From positions 25,879 to 89,878 of the IMG/VR virus record IMGVR_UViG_3300031994_000053: DNA of 64,000 nt; one strand, 5' to 3'. The first letter of the stretch is position 1, and each line of letters opens with the position of its first letter. This DNA comes from a virus (taxonomy: Duplodnaviria; Caudoviricetes). Positions 53,462 to 63,058 of this stretch are shown here, in pieces. Position numbers and translations under genes: made by a program. The notes under the pieces are model-generated. The model searched no databases. It was not told the DNA's origin and was given only the letters and a program-made list of their open reading frames with translations.

Positions 53462-56400
53462 ACGAGTTTCTCCAACGCCTTCTCGATACCCCTTACGTCG
53501 GACGTGGCCAAATCGCCCGATTCGACTCTGGTCCAGTCCATCGTCAGCACCCAGGGGCTGTACCCTCTCAACACGTAAAGCCGGTGGCCGAGGATCGTGG
53601 TGAACAGCCCGATCTTGTGGGACTGCATGACGAGCGGCTCGTGCGACGTGGTCTTCCGCTCGGCCCAGTCGCGCGCGTCGCTCATGGACTCGAACAGTTT
53701 CTCGTACTCGATCCGGGCGTACACGGCTCGCTTGGTCACGTACTCGCCGTTCTCGCTCTCGCGCTTGTATTCGGTGGTGAACTCCGGATATTTCTTGAGG
53801 CTCGTCGACAGGATGTCGGACTTGATCTTGCCCACGTTCTTCACCCGGACGTACTCGCCGTCCTCAAGCCCGAAGTCGTTTTCGGAAACCTGAAGCTGGC
53901 CATAGACCTCTGAAGTCGTTTCACCGTCGCCGCCGCGAAGATCCTTCCAATACCCAAGTCTCTGGTTTCTCCACTTCTTGACTTCGTATTTCCGGCCGCG
54001 ATAGATGTAGTCGTAATCGAGGTCCCACTCCACGGCCGTCCGGGTCTCGGTCTCCCCGTTGAACCTGCCGCCGTCGCTCAGGGACCAGTCCGTCCTCACG
54101 ATCTTGCCGCGGGTGGCGTCGGAAAAAGCAACATCCCCGGGAGCCTTATCGTCATACCGGACGCGATCGGAAGACCTGATCTCGAACCGGGTCTCCACAT
54201 GCCCGTGCCGATCGTCCTGCACGTTCTCGTCGAGATAGCCTTCCGTGTACTCCCACGAGCCTGTCTCGTTCTGCCTGCCGGAGACGGAATAGGTATGGCC
54301 GTTTCCGGCGGATTCGGCCGTCTTGTCGGGCACATCCGGGACAATCTCCGTGTCCGAGTGCCGGTGCTCAAATACGGTGTTGCTGTCCGAGAACGCGATC
54401 TCGAACCCGTCGCCCTTCTCGAGCCTGGTGACGGACGCGTCAAACCGGCCGCCCGGCGTCATGCGGGCCTGGGACGAGTCACCGACATTCAGCACGTCGG
54501 CAGAGTGGTCGTCCGGCGTGTTGCGGTACACGGTGGTCACGACCACGCCCTGAAGCGTCTTGCGCTTCTCGATCCACATCTGCGGGATTTCGTCGACATC
54601 TTCCTCGGTCACGTCCCACGTGCCGACATCGGTCTGGCGGGAGCTGTGCCTGTAGTGCCTGCCACCGCCCGCCCGGGGGGCGTCCGCCCCCGGGGCGTTC
54701 CTGTTTTCCGTGCTCGACGTCAAGCTCTCGAAGACCGTGGTCTCGGTCCTCCTGGCGATCTCGCCGACGTCCTTGGGCGATCTTTTCGTGAAGGACCCGC
54801 TGAACTTGCCGCCGGGGGTCATGCGGGCCTGGGAAGACTCACCGACTTCGGTGACGTCATTCGCATGGTCGCCGGGCGCGTTCTGGAACACGGTCGTCTC
54901 GAACACGCCCTGGAGGGTGACGCGCTTCTCGCGCCACTGTCGTTCCGGGAGCTCCGTGATTTCACGAAGGGTCGTGGTCACCACGCCGTAGTCGTCGACG
55001 GAGCTGTCCTTGACATAATATTTACCGCCGCCCGCGGAAGGCGCATCGGAGGAATCGGCCCTATCCCCGGCTCTGACCGTGACGTCGTCATGCCTATGCT
55101 CGAAAACAGTGGTTTCGCAGTGCGCGCGGTCGGGCCGGCCGAGAGGCTCGACCGTCACGACGGTCACGTCCCGCGATCCGCCGCGGTTGGTCGTATGCCT
55201 CTGGGTCCCGATGCCCGCGGGCTCCTCCGCGGAACGGGAGACGTTCCTGTCAGTCCTTGTCGTGATCACGGCCTTGGCGGTCTTGCGGATCTCGACCTCG
55301 GCGCCTTCGACGGGAACCTCGACGACTGTCTCGTCCGTCACCACGACGGAACCATCCTCGTTCAGGCGCGCGTCGCGCTTGCGGTACGTCCCGCCGCCGG
55401 CCTTCTCGACGTGGCCCTCCGGGACGTCACCGGCCGGAGCCACGGACACGCTCGTGTCCCCGTGCTCGAAAACCGTCCTGCTGCACCCGGAACCTGCCTC
55501 GATCTTTTTGCCGGACTTCTCAAACTCCTCGACGGTGACGTTGTACAAGCCGCCTGGCGTCTTCTCGACGGTCATCGCCGTTCCGATGTTCTCACGGGAA
55601 TACCGCGGCGCGGCCGGAACCTTGTCCGTCTGCGTGTCCGTGACGGAGTGCCTGACCCCGCGGAGACGGACCTCCCAGGACTCGCGGGACGACTTGACCT
55701 CCTTCTCCGTGCGGGTCTGCGTCGTCTGCGTGATGGCGCCCTCGTCGTCCATCTCGGTCCGGCGGGACTTGACCACGCCGTTCTTCCCGCTGTCCTTGAC
55801 GTGATCGTCGGGGCCGGGGACCGAATCAAGCCCGGATCTAGTCAAAGCGTGCTCGTGCTTGTAAAGATCCTCCTCGCACGTCTCGCCCACGCTCTGCGAA
55901 ACTCTCTCGAACTTGATGGTCGTGTTGTCGTACAGCCCGCCGTCGGTCTTCTTCACGACGGCGCCGTTGCCGGGCGCCAGACCCTCTATGGCGGCGGGCA
56001 CCGCCTGGTTGCGGTCGAGCCGCTCAATGCGGCTGCCGCGACGGCCGACGGTCACCTGGACCACGGCGTCCTTGACCGGAAGCTCCGTGCGCACCGACTT
56101 CGACGTGGAGAACGAACCATCCGGCTGGAGCTGGTCCTGGTGCCTCTCGATTACGCCGCCGGCGGCCGCCGGAGCCTCGCCGAGCGGCTCCGCCTGCCCG
56201 ATCCTCTCCTGCGAGTGCTCGTGCTGGAACTGGGTCTTCTCGCAGCCCTCGCGGACCGTGGCGGACTTCGACTCCGTCCACTTCGCGGTGATCTTGAACG
56301 TGCAGTCGGCGTTCTCCTGGCGGACGACCTCGCAGACCACGCCGTCCTTCGAGCCAGGCTTGGGAATGTCGAGACGCGCGCCGGTGTTGTCGACATAGCG

Positions 56401-57045
56401 CCCCGAGCCGTCCGTGTAGACGTTGTCCCACGTGTCGGAACTCTCGCGCGCCGTCGCGGTGTCGCTCGAGACCGTCCGGCCCGCGTGCTGCGTGACCGCC
56501 GTGCGTTTCACGAGCGCATAGTCGAAGGTCCCGTCGTCCTTCCGCCCGACCTGGGCGAGCTGCCACGTGACGCCCTGCTCCGCGGGCGGAAGCGGGACGG
56601 GCTCCGCCGCGTCCCAGTGCCACTCGGTGACGACCTCCTCGGAACACGACGCGCTCGTCGACGCGGAATACAAATCGTCCTCCCGCGTCGATATGAGGTC
56701 CTGCACGAGCGTGTAGGTGCCGTCCGGCCTGCCGGACTGGGTGTTGACGGTCTCGCGGTCGTCGCGCTGCCACGCGGTCAGCGTGGGCCGGTACTCGTCG
56801 TCGAGCTCCAGGCCATTGAACACGAGCCCGCGGTACGGCGCCTTGGACACAAGGTAGCGGATGCCCTCGGGCACAAACGCCCACGGGATGCCCTCGACGA
56901 AACGCCGTATGCGCACGGGCAGGTCCTTGCGCTCGCCCGTGCGCACATTAAGCCGCTGGCGCCTGGACATGACCTGGAGGCGCCACTTGCCCTCAAGCGA
57001 ATCTATCCACTTGCGCGCTTCGGATTGTGATACGACGTCCGACAT
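53458..57045 (-). CDS. Large Thr/Glu-rich beta-repeat virion protein (1195 aa)
   Basis: GGAGGTG RBS supports start 57045; five to six internal repeats of about 120-130 aa. Confidence 0.7.
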   Translation of the reverse strand: MSDVVSQSEARKWIDSLEGKWRLQVMSRRQRLNVRTGERKDLPVRIRRFVEGIPWAFVPEGIRYLVSKAPYRGLVFNGLELDDEYRPTLTAWQRDDRETVNTQSGRPDGTYTLVQDLISTREDDLYSASTSASCSEEVVTEWHWDAAEPVPLPPAEQGVTWQLAQVGRKDDGTFDYALVKRTAVTQHAGRTVSSDTATARESSDTWDNVYTDGSGRYVDNTGARLDIPKPGSKDGVVCEVVRQENADCTFKITAKWTESKSATVREGCEKTQFQHEHSQERIGQAEPLGEAPAAAGGVIERHQDQLQPDGSFSTSKSVRTELPVKDAVVQVTVGRRGSRIERLDRNQAVPAAIEGLAPGNGAVVKKTDGGLYDNTTIKFERVSQSVGETCEEDLYKHEHALTRSGLDSVPGPDDHVKDSGKNGVVKSRRTEMDDEGAITQTTQTRTEKEVKSSRESWEVRLRGVRHSVTDTQTDKVPAAPRYSRENIGTAMTVEKTPGGLYNVTVEEFEKSGKKIEAGSGCSRTVFEHGDTSVSVAPAGDVPEGHVEKAGGGTYRKRDARLNEDGSVVVTDETVVEVPVEGAEVEIRKTAKAVITTRTDRNVSRSAEEPAGIGTQRHTTNRGGSRDVTVVTVEPLGRPDRAHCETTVFEHRHDDVTVRAGDRADSSDAPSAGGGKYYVKDSSVDDYGVVTTTLREITELPERQWREKRVTLQGVFETTVFQNAPGDHANDVTEVGESSQARMTPGGKFSGSFTKRSPKDVGEIARRTETTVFESLTSSTENRNAPGADAPRAGGGRHYRHSSRQTDVGTWDVTEEDVDEIPQMWIEKRKTLQGVVVTTVYRNTPDDHSADVLNVGDSSQARMTPGGRFDASVTRLEKGDGFEIAFSDSNTVFEHRHSDTEIVPDVPDKTAESAGNGHTYSVSGRQNETGSWEYTEGYLDENVQDDRHGHVETRFEIRSSDRVRYDDKAPGDVAFSDATRGKIVRTDWSLSDGGRFNGETETRTAVEWDLDYDYIYRGRKYEVKKWRNQRLGYWKDLRGGDGETTSEVYGQLQVSENDFGLEDGEYVRVKNVGKIKSDILSTSLKKYPEFTTEYKRESENGEYVTKRAVYARIEYEKLFESMSDARDWAERKTTSHEPLVMQSHKIGLFTTILGHRLYVLRGYSPWVLTMDWTRVESGDLATSDVRGIEKALEKLV
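54050..56244 (-). repeat. Degenerate protein repeats of about 120-130 aa (CxxTVFEHxH...GG.Y...TPGG)
   Basis: Anchors CEKTQFQHEH, CEEDLYKHEH, CSRTVFEHGD, CETTVFEHRH, TETTVFES, SNTVFEHRH; near-identical DNA GTCATGCGGGCCTGGGA at 54458 and 54818 (360 nt apart). Confidence 0.8.
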
Positions 57046-57082
57046 GATTACACCTCCAGAATACACGAAAAAATTCCGCAAG

Positions 57083-60040
57083 TCAAGTTTCGGCGAATTC
57101 CAGCTCGTAGCCATCGCCGTCGAACGCGTCGACGCCGTCCGTCGGGTCAGGCATGTACACGGCCGGCGCGACCGGCTCGGGGGACACCAGCGCGGACGGC
57201 GGAGGCGGGACGATGAATCCGAACGGCGGCAGGCCGATCCGCTCCTTGACCGCCAACGCGGCCAGCGCGCAGGCGTCCGCCTCGTCGGGCGACTTCTTGA
57301 AAATGCGCGACTTGAACTGGTCCTTGGGCTCGAGGCGAAGGGGGAACGACGTGGACGTGGTCCCGGCCTTCACGGCGTACCGCCGCTCCTCCAGCGCCCG
57401 AAGCGCCTCCGCGGGCAACCCGCGCACCTGTCCGGCGCGGCAGAACTCCGCGAGGACGCACCACGCCTCGGTGCCGCGGTCGTAAATGGTCTCCTTCGCG
57501 GGGCGGGGGTCGTTGGCGCGAAGGGGCAGGTCCGAAGCACGGGCCGAATTGTTCACGGGCAGCACGTCCGCGCCCGCGTAGATCATCAGGTCGTCGGCCA
57601 GGCCCTGGTTGGCGGAGGCGTCCACCGCCGTGTTGCGGAAAGGGGCCTCGTACGGCTGGCGCATCATCGCGATCGTCTGGTCCCGCATCTGCTGCACGGG
57701 CGGGCGCGGGTCGGACGCCATGATCTTGAGGTAGGACAGCCCGCCCGTGAAATCGAGGATGTTCCGGCCGAAGGCGTCGCGGACCACGCGGACGCGGACG
57801 CGGCAGGCTCCGTCGCCGCCCTCGGACCACGCGGGGTCGATGCCGGCCGCCACGGCCACGATCGCGGACGGGTCGCACTCCATTGGCTCCATCACCTGGT
57901 TGCGCTGGGCGACGGCCCTGTCGAGGACCGTGGGCAGCGCGTCGCCGGAGGGCACGGGGAACCCGCGGATCATCTTCCATATCTGCGGGGCGTCGGCGTT
58001 GCCGTCCGCCTCGCGGAGCGCGGCGTCGATCTCCTCCTTGCTGAGGAGATACGGAAAGGTCTTCCGAAGCGAGGGGTCAAGGACGCACGGGGACTTGAAC
58101 CCGTCGTGATGGCGGACAAACGCGCCAAACGTAGACCGCCAGCAACCGGTGTCGACATTGACGGAATCAACGCCCTTTTCCGGAATGCAGTACTGGCACG
58201 ACGGGTTGGCCCAGGACTCGGGGTTGGCGAGACCGATGAACTTAAAGCTCTTCGTGCCGACCCGGAGGTTGGTCATCGCCGTCTTGATCTCCTGGTGCTT
58301 CTCGATGGTCGCAAGCTCATCGACCACCAGGCGGACATACTGCGCGTGGGCGCCCTGAAGACGGCCGCCCTCCTCGAGGGCGCGGCCCTGTATGCCGGCC
58401 TTGTCGCCAGCCGATTCCGGGTTGTCGGCGTCCGCTTCGTTCTGGAGGGCGAACCCGACCTTCGACATCTTGCCGGGGACGAGGAACTGGGCGTTTGCCT
58501 TGACCGCGGCAAAGTACTTCTCAAGGGAGTCCCAGATGCGGGACCGCAGGTCGACCTTGGTGGTCGAACCCACCAAAGTCACGGTGTCAAAGGGGTCGAC
58601 GAGCCAGTCCAAAAGGATGAGATAGGCATAGTCGTTGGAGTTGTGGGTAACGACGAAATTCCTTATCGGGAAAAGCCCGTGGGTCTCGTTGCCTTCCACG
58701 TCGTGGTCTTCGATAGTTATGCACCGCGTCTCCCGTGGATAATCGGCGCGATTCTCGACCGGTCTGACGGACATGATGCGACGCCAGCCAACCCCTTTAG
58801 CCGCCTCGCGAATCCGATTGCGCTTTCGGGAAAGCTTGAACCACCGGCGCATAGTCTCGGCGGGAACACCGTGCGGCCTCACGGTATAGGCAGTACGGCA
58901 GGAAACACGAACACCGTCCTTTTTATACCCGGACGGATGAACCGCAATCGTAACGCTTGCCCCCAGGGATTCGAACAAAGTCTTAACATTGTCAGCCAAA
59001 CGACGTGATACCGTCGTAAACGACACTTCGCCGAGCGCGCTGACAAAACCATCCGTGTCCAGCAGCCCGGCCAGCAAATCCTCGCGAACCGAAACGGAAT
59101 TAACCAGATACTCTCCGGGGATAAACTTGTCGGCGGAGCAGGACCTGTACAGCCCCAAGGTCTTTAATGCGGAGACATACCGGTTCCTGACCTTCGACCC
59201 AGGTTCTTTTACAATCATATAGCACGTGTGGCTGTTCCCCACGCGTTTCAAATTATACCCCGGCGTGGCTATGCTCAGCCGTCGTTGAATCTCGTCTCTA
59301 ACTTCAACATCATCCACACGGGAAGTCAGCAATATAGTGCCAGTTAAAGACCCGTCCCCGATAAGACACCCTAAAACGTACGGGTCAACGGGGGTATCTT
59401 GCGCGTCAAACTCGACGGGGCTGACCAAAGGTACGGCTGGCTGCCTACGACGAAACGACGCCTCTCCCCACTTAGCGAGCTGCCTGGTAGGGACCGTCCG
59501 GTAAACCCAGCCAGTAACGCCCCGTCGGGTTTTACGTGGCCCCTCCCGCCGAACACGGCCCCAATACCGTATCATCCACAAATGATCGCCGCCGCAAACC
59601 ACCGTGGTGCCATCCTTGAACGTGACATTATACAGCGGGTGGTCCAGGTGGTCGTACACCCCGCGCACCCGGACAGGGTGCCCGGTAGCGGCCATTATGG
59701 TCGACCCGGAAACAACCTCGCGGATCGTCCCGACGTGGTCTGGAAAATAGACCGGCTCGTCAAGCAAAACCTCTTTGCCACTGGACGCGCACCCCCAAGT
59801 GACAACAGTGTTTTCCATGACAAAATCATGGAAATGCTGCTCTGTCCAGGGAGAAACGCGGAAGAGCCGGTCCCCCACGAGCGAACGGGCGGTGTCGAGT
59901 AGGGGAACCCAGGGATCCTTGAACTCGACACCGTACTCCTCACGGAACTCGCGCCATTTCTTCGCGACCGTCAGGTCTATGAACTGGTCGGCCATATCGG
60001 CCGGCCAGTCCACTCCATGCCTTCGCTTGTACTGGCCCAT
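57083..60040 (-). CDS. terL: Terminase large subunit, intein-containing precursor (985 aa; about 607 aa spliced)
   Basis: Walker A GCASSGK|S split by the intein; Walker B LVVDE; IGLANP; nuclease AGIDPA..GGD; C-terminal SPDEADA. Confidence 0.9.
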   Translation of the reverse strand: MGQYKRRHGVDWPADMADQFIDLTVAKKWREFREEYGVEFKDPWVPLLDTARSLVGDRLFRVSPWTEQHFHDFVMENTVVTWGCASSGKEVLLDEPVYFPDHVGTIREVVSGSTIMAATGHPVRVRGVYDHLDHPLYNVTFKDGTTVVCGGDHLWMIRYWGRVRREGPRKTRRGVTGWVYRTVPTRQLAKWGEASFRRRQPAVPLVSPVEFDAQDTPVDPYVLGCLIGDGSLTGTILLTSRVDDVEVRDEIQRRLSIATPGYNLKRVGNSHTCYMIVKEPGSKVRNRYVSALKTLGLYRSCSADKFIPGEYLVNSVSVREDLLAGLLDTDGFVSALGEVSFTTVSRRLADNVKTLFESLGASVTIAVHPSGYKKDGVRVSCRTAYTVRPHGVPAETMRRWFKLSRKRNRIREAAKGVGWRRIMSVRPVENRADYPRETRCITIEDHDVEGNETHGLFPIRNFVVTHNSNDYAYLILLDWLVDPFDTVTLVGSTTKVDLRSRIWDSLEKYFAAVKANAQFLVPGKMSKVGFALQNEADADNPESAGDKAGIQGRALEEGGRLQGAHAQYVRLVVDELATIEKHQEIKTAMTNLRVGTKSFKFIGLANPESWANPSCQYCIPEKGVDSVNVDTGCWRSTFGAFVRHHDGFKSPCVLDPSLRKTFPYLLSKEEIDAALREADGNADAPQIWKMIRGFPVPSGDALPTVLDRAVAQRNQVMEPMECDPSAIVAVAAGIDPAWSEGGDGACRVRVRVVRDAFGRNILDFTGGLSYLKIMASDPRPPVQQMRDQTIAMMRQPYEAPFRNTAVDASANQGLADDLMIYAGADVLPVNNSARASDLPLRANDPRPAKETIYDRGTEAWCVLAEFCRAGQVRGLPAEALRALEERRYAVKAGTTSTSFPLRLEPKDQFKSRIFKKSPDEADACALAALAVKERIGLPPFGFIVPPPPSALVSPEPVAPAVYMPDPTDGVDAFDGDGYELEFAET
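58640..59773 (-). mobile_element. Class 3 intein (378 aa) with LAGLIDADG homing endonuclease, inserted in the TerL P-loop
   Basis: Block A EVLLDEPV; block B GDHLW; LAGLIDADG PYVLGCLIGDG and LLAGLLDTDG; block F TRCITI; block G VVTHN followed by Ser; lower GC than the exteins. Confidence 0.9.
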
Positions 60041-60061
60041 GACAGTAGACTCGCCGGAATG

Positions 60062-62056
60062 TTAAACGCTGGGGGCCGTAGGACCGGTGGCCCATACGTC
60101 TGTGCGCGTAGACCCTCTGGCCATGCCACGGGGCCACGTGACATCCACGCCGATGGTCATCGTGTACGGGTTCACGGTAAACTCCAGGAAAACATACGCG
60201 GGGCTCTGCCCAACCAGCGCAGTGGCCAGCGCAGCGTTCCTCGTGAGATCAACCCAAACGGACCCGCCCCCCAGGCAGGAAACCGGCACCGTATAACTGG
60301 TCGTCGTGGACGAGTGGCTTGCCGACTTGACCGTGTAGTCAAAGAGGTTTCTGGCGCTCTCCCCCGACCTGCCGAAACCAAACTGGACCCAAAAACTGGA
60401 CGCTTCCGAAAAATTGGAAATGACGAACAAAACCCCCAGCTTCTGGACAGCCGAAACCTGACCGGGGTACCGGATATCCAAGTTAAGCCCGCTATTGCCA
60501 ACGGCCGCCGCATCCGCGTAAACCGTGGCGAGCTTCCCGGACCCGCCAAGATCGACGACCCTCCATTCCGCCGACGGCCCGGTGGCGTTGACGGCCGGCC
60601 CCGTCACGAACAACATCGTCGCCTCCCCCGTCGGGCCCTGGGGGCCCGTCGGGCCTTGACTCGGCCCCGTTGGCCCCACCGGGCCTTGAGGCCCGGTCTC
60701 GCCAGTAGGCCCGGTCTCGCCAGTAGGCCCCGTCGGGCCTGTAACCGTACTGGCTGCGCCAGTAGGCCCGGTGACGCCTTGAGGCCCAGTCGGACCCTGG
60801 GGCCCAGTATCGCCATCCACGCCCGCCTCTCCCGTCGGGCCCGTCGGGCCGTCACCCCCGGTCGGCCCCAAAGGACCAGCCGGACCGGGGACGGTGCTCG
60901 CGGGGCCAGTAGGCCCAGTCGGTCCAAGCATCCGGCCAACCACGTCCCATGTCCCGTTGATCAGCCTGTATACGTTGCCTGTGTCGACGTCCCACCAGAA
61001 ATCACCCTCACGGCCGGATTGCGTGCCTCGCCCGTACCCCCATCTCGTGCCGGTCGGGCCCGCCGGCCCGGTCGGTCCGGGAACCGTGCTGCCCGGCCCG
61101 GTGGGACCGGTCACGCCCGGTCCGGTGGGGCCGGTCGGCCCGGGAACCGTGCTGCCCGGCCCGGTGGGACCGGTGGGGCCGACGTCACCTTTGGCGCCGG
61201 TCTCGCCGATTTCGCCGCGGCGTCCAGTCGGACCCGTCGGTCCGGGAACCGTGCTGGCCTGGCCCGTGGGGCCGGTCGGCCCCGTGGGGCCCGTGCCGCC
61301 GGTCGCGCCGGTCAAGCCCGTCGGGCCCGGGACTTCGCTGTCGGCCCCCGTCGGCCCGGGCACATTGCTGTCGGCGCCCGTGGGCCCGACGGGGCCGGTC
61401 CCCCCTTCGGGGCCCGTGGCGCCGCGTGGGAGCGTCAGGTTGAGGACGTACCCGCCGGAGGGGCCCGTCACGAGACTGGCGGACGCGGAGTCCCCGCCGG
61501 TGACCGACCCGATGGCGATCCCGAACTTGGAGACCGCCTCGGCGAACGCGTCGGTGAAATCGTTGGACGAAAGCCCCTTGCCCGCCTCCTTGTCGACCTT
61601 CCGCTGGAGCAGCTCGTCGACCTGGGCGGCGGTGTAGTAGCCGCCGGTCGGGCCGGACGGGCCGCCCGGGGAGAACGGGCGGACGTGGAACGGGACCGCC
61701 GTGTCGACCAGCGTCCGGGACGCGTCCCCGGCGACAAGGCGGACCGACGTCAGGTCCGGACGGTCCGCGCACAGGTCGGCGACGAGCCCGGTCGCGAGGC
61801 CGAGGACACCGCGGCGCAGCTTGGAATACCCCTCGGGCTCCCCGAACGTGTCAACCGAGGCGAACGGGACCCGCGCGTTGGCGTCGGCGTAAAGCTCCAG
61901 CTTCAGGGACGCGGTGTCCAGCTGCGAGAGCTCGTCGGCGGAAAGGCGCGAAAGGTCGAGGACAAGGGGGTTGTAGGTGTCGCCGGCGCACAGCGCGTGC
62001 ACCTCGCGGAACGTCGCGGACAGTTCTACAGGGTCTACGAAGATCGTAAGCTGCAT
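60062..62056 (-). CDS. Collagen-like (Gly-Pro-Thr) tail fibre (664 aa)
   Basis: N-terminal anchor domain; long (GPT)n tracts interrupted by a [10 protein letters not shown] knob; globular lower-GC C-terminal tip. Confidence 0.85.
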   Translation of the reverse strand: MQLTIFVDPVELSATFREVHALCAGDTYNPLVLDLSRLSADELSQLDTASLKLELYADANARVPFASVDTFGEPEGYSKLRRGVLGLATGLVADLCADRPDLTSVRLVAGDASRTLVDTAVPFHVRPFSPGGPSGPTGGYYTAAQVDELLQRKVDKEAGKGLSSNDFTDAFAEAVSKFGIAIGSVTGGDSASASLVTGPSGGYVLNLTLPRGATGPEGGTGPVGPTGADSNVPGPTGADSEVPGPTGLTGATGGTGPTGPTGPTGQASTVPGPTGPTGRRGEIGETGAKGDVGPTGPTGPGSTVPGPTGPTGPGVTGPTGPGSTVPGPTGPAGPTGTRWGYGRGTQSGREGDFWWDVDTGNVYRLINGTWDVVGRMLGPTGPTGPASTVPGPAGPLGPTGGDGPTGPTGEAGVDGDTGPQGPTGPQGVTGPTGAASTVTGPTGPTGETGPTGETGPQGPVGPTGPSQGPTGPQGPTGEATMLFVTGPAVNATGPSAEWRVVDLGGSGKLATVYADAAAVGNSGLNLDIRYPGQVSAVQKLGVLFVISNFSEASSFWVQFGFGRSGESARNLFDYTVKSASHSSTTTSYTVPVSCLGGGSVWVDLTRNAALATALVGQSPAYVFLEFTVNPYTMTIGVDVTWPRGMARGSTRTDVWATGPTAPSV
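60620..61410 (-). repeat. Collagen G-X-Y repeat region, mostly GPT
   Basis: Repeated GGCCCCGTCGGGCC / GGGCCGGTCGGCCC units; duplicated STVPGPTGP interruptions. Confidence 0.9.
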
Positions 62057-62059
62057 GGT

Positions 62060-62437
62060 CTATCTCCCCGGAATGAGGTGGTCGAAAAGTTGGATGACCT
62101 GCGGGCGGTACCCCATCAGCACGCAGACGATGAGGACCACGCCGAGGACTAAGATGACAATCTGGTTGCGGCACAGGAAGATCAGCCTGTAAAGCCCCGC
62201 GCGGCTGTTCCCGCCCTCCAGCTTGTCCCTCATGAACAAATAGCAAAGGTTGAAAAGATTCTGGGAGTTGGCCTGGAGCTTCTCCGGAAGCGTGAGCCCA
62301 TTGGTCCCGTCCCGCGTCTCCTCCAGTATCTTCAGGTAGTCGTCCTGGTCGCTGAGGGACAGGAGCTTGGACGTCTTCAGCGCGCTGGACAGCGTGTCGT
62401 ACCGATTCTGGACGCTCAACGGAACCGACATCCCCAA
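62060..62437 (-). CDS. Membrane protein with one C-terminal TM helix (holin-like candidate)
   Basis: IVILVLGVVLIVCVLMG; AGGAGG upstream. Confidence 0.55.
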   Translation of the reverse strand: MGMSVPLSVQNRYDTLSSALKTSKLLSLSDQDDYLKILEETRDGTNGLTLPEKLQANSQNLFNLCYLFMRDKLEGGNSRAGLYRLIFLCRNQIVILVLGVVLIVCVLMGYRPQVIQLFDHLIPGR

Positions 62438-62443
62438 ACCCTC

Positions 62444-62848
62444 CTACGCCCCGACGGGCACCCTGCGGGACTCGGCGTATGCGCCGCGGACGCTCTCGAC
62501 GATCCTGTCGAACTCGTCAACGTCGATAGTGAACTGGCACGGGGGCACAGACCCCCCGAGACCGATCTCCTTCACGCTGAACCGCACACCTTCCTTCCCG
62601 ACGGATGCGCGCAGCGCGGCGACGACCTCCTCGAAGGTCTCCGGCGACGCGGCGATGGCGTCCACGATTTTTAACGTGGCCGCCGGCAACACCGACGTGA
62701 CGAGCTTCTCCGCGACCGCGGGGTTCGTTTCCGCGAGACTCACGGCCGCGACGGAGACCGCCTTCGCCACGCCGTACTTGGCCAGACGGGGAACTATTGC
62801 CTTCCCGTACCACCGGACGACCCCCCGGACTATGGATTCCCTGTTCAC
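62444..62848 (-). CDS. Hypothetical protein (134 aa)
   Basis: GTG start, AAGGTAGG upstream, GC3 bias. Confidence 0.65.
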   Translation of the reverse strand: MNRESIVRGVVRWYGKAIVPRLAKYGVAKAVSVAAVSLAETNPAVAEKLVTSVLPAATLKIVDAIAASPETFEEVVAALRASVGKEGVRFSVKEIGLGGSVPPCQFTIDVDEFDRIVESVRGAYAESRRVPVGA

Positions 62849-62857
62849 TATCTTGTC

Positions 62858-62950
62858 CTACCTTTCCTGGGCTGTTACGCTGGTCCGGCGGCGCGCCCCC
62901 TTCACGGCCTTCGCCGCATATTTCCCGATTATGACGCTGTCCGAAACCAT
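62858..62950 (-). CDS. Putative leaderless 30-aa basic peptide (MVSDSVIIGKYAAKAVKGARRRTSVTAQER)
   Basis: ATG 6 nt after TATAAT, the same geometry as 6826; not in the ORF track. Confidence 0.4.
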   Translation of the reverse strand: MVSDSVIIGKYAAKAVKGARRRTSVTAQER

Positions 62951-62956
62951 GAGAAG

Positions 62957-62985
62957 ATTATACCAAATCGGGGCCCGGTCCGCAA
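62957..62985 (-). promoter_or_regulatory. Sigma70-type promoter with extended -10
   Basis: Minus strand: TTGCGG, 17 bp, TGG-TATAAT. Confidence 0.7.
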
Positions 62986-63058
62986 CACCCCGGCGATGAC
63001 CGCCAACACGCCCGGAACGCGCCCCGAAACTCATTCGCCGGGTCCCGCGGGTGGAGGC

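Noticed and set aside
57046-57114. Track start at 57114 (also 48890, 52374, 37996, 11444, 9581, 8148, 1059)
   Set aside because: Downstream starts have a clear SD or stop-start coupling; the extensions overlap neighbouring genes.
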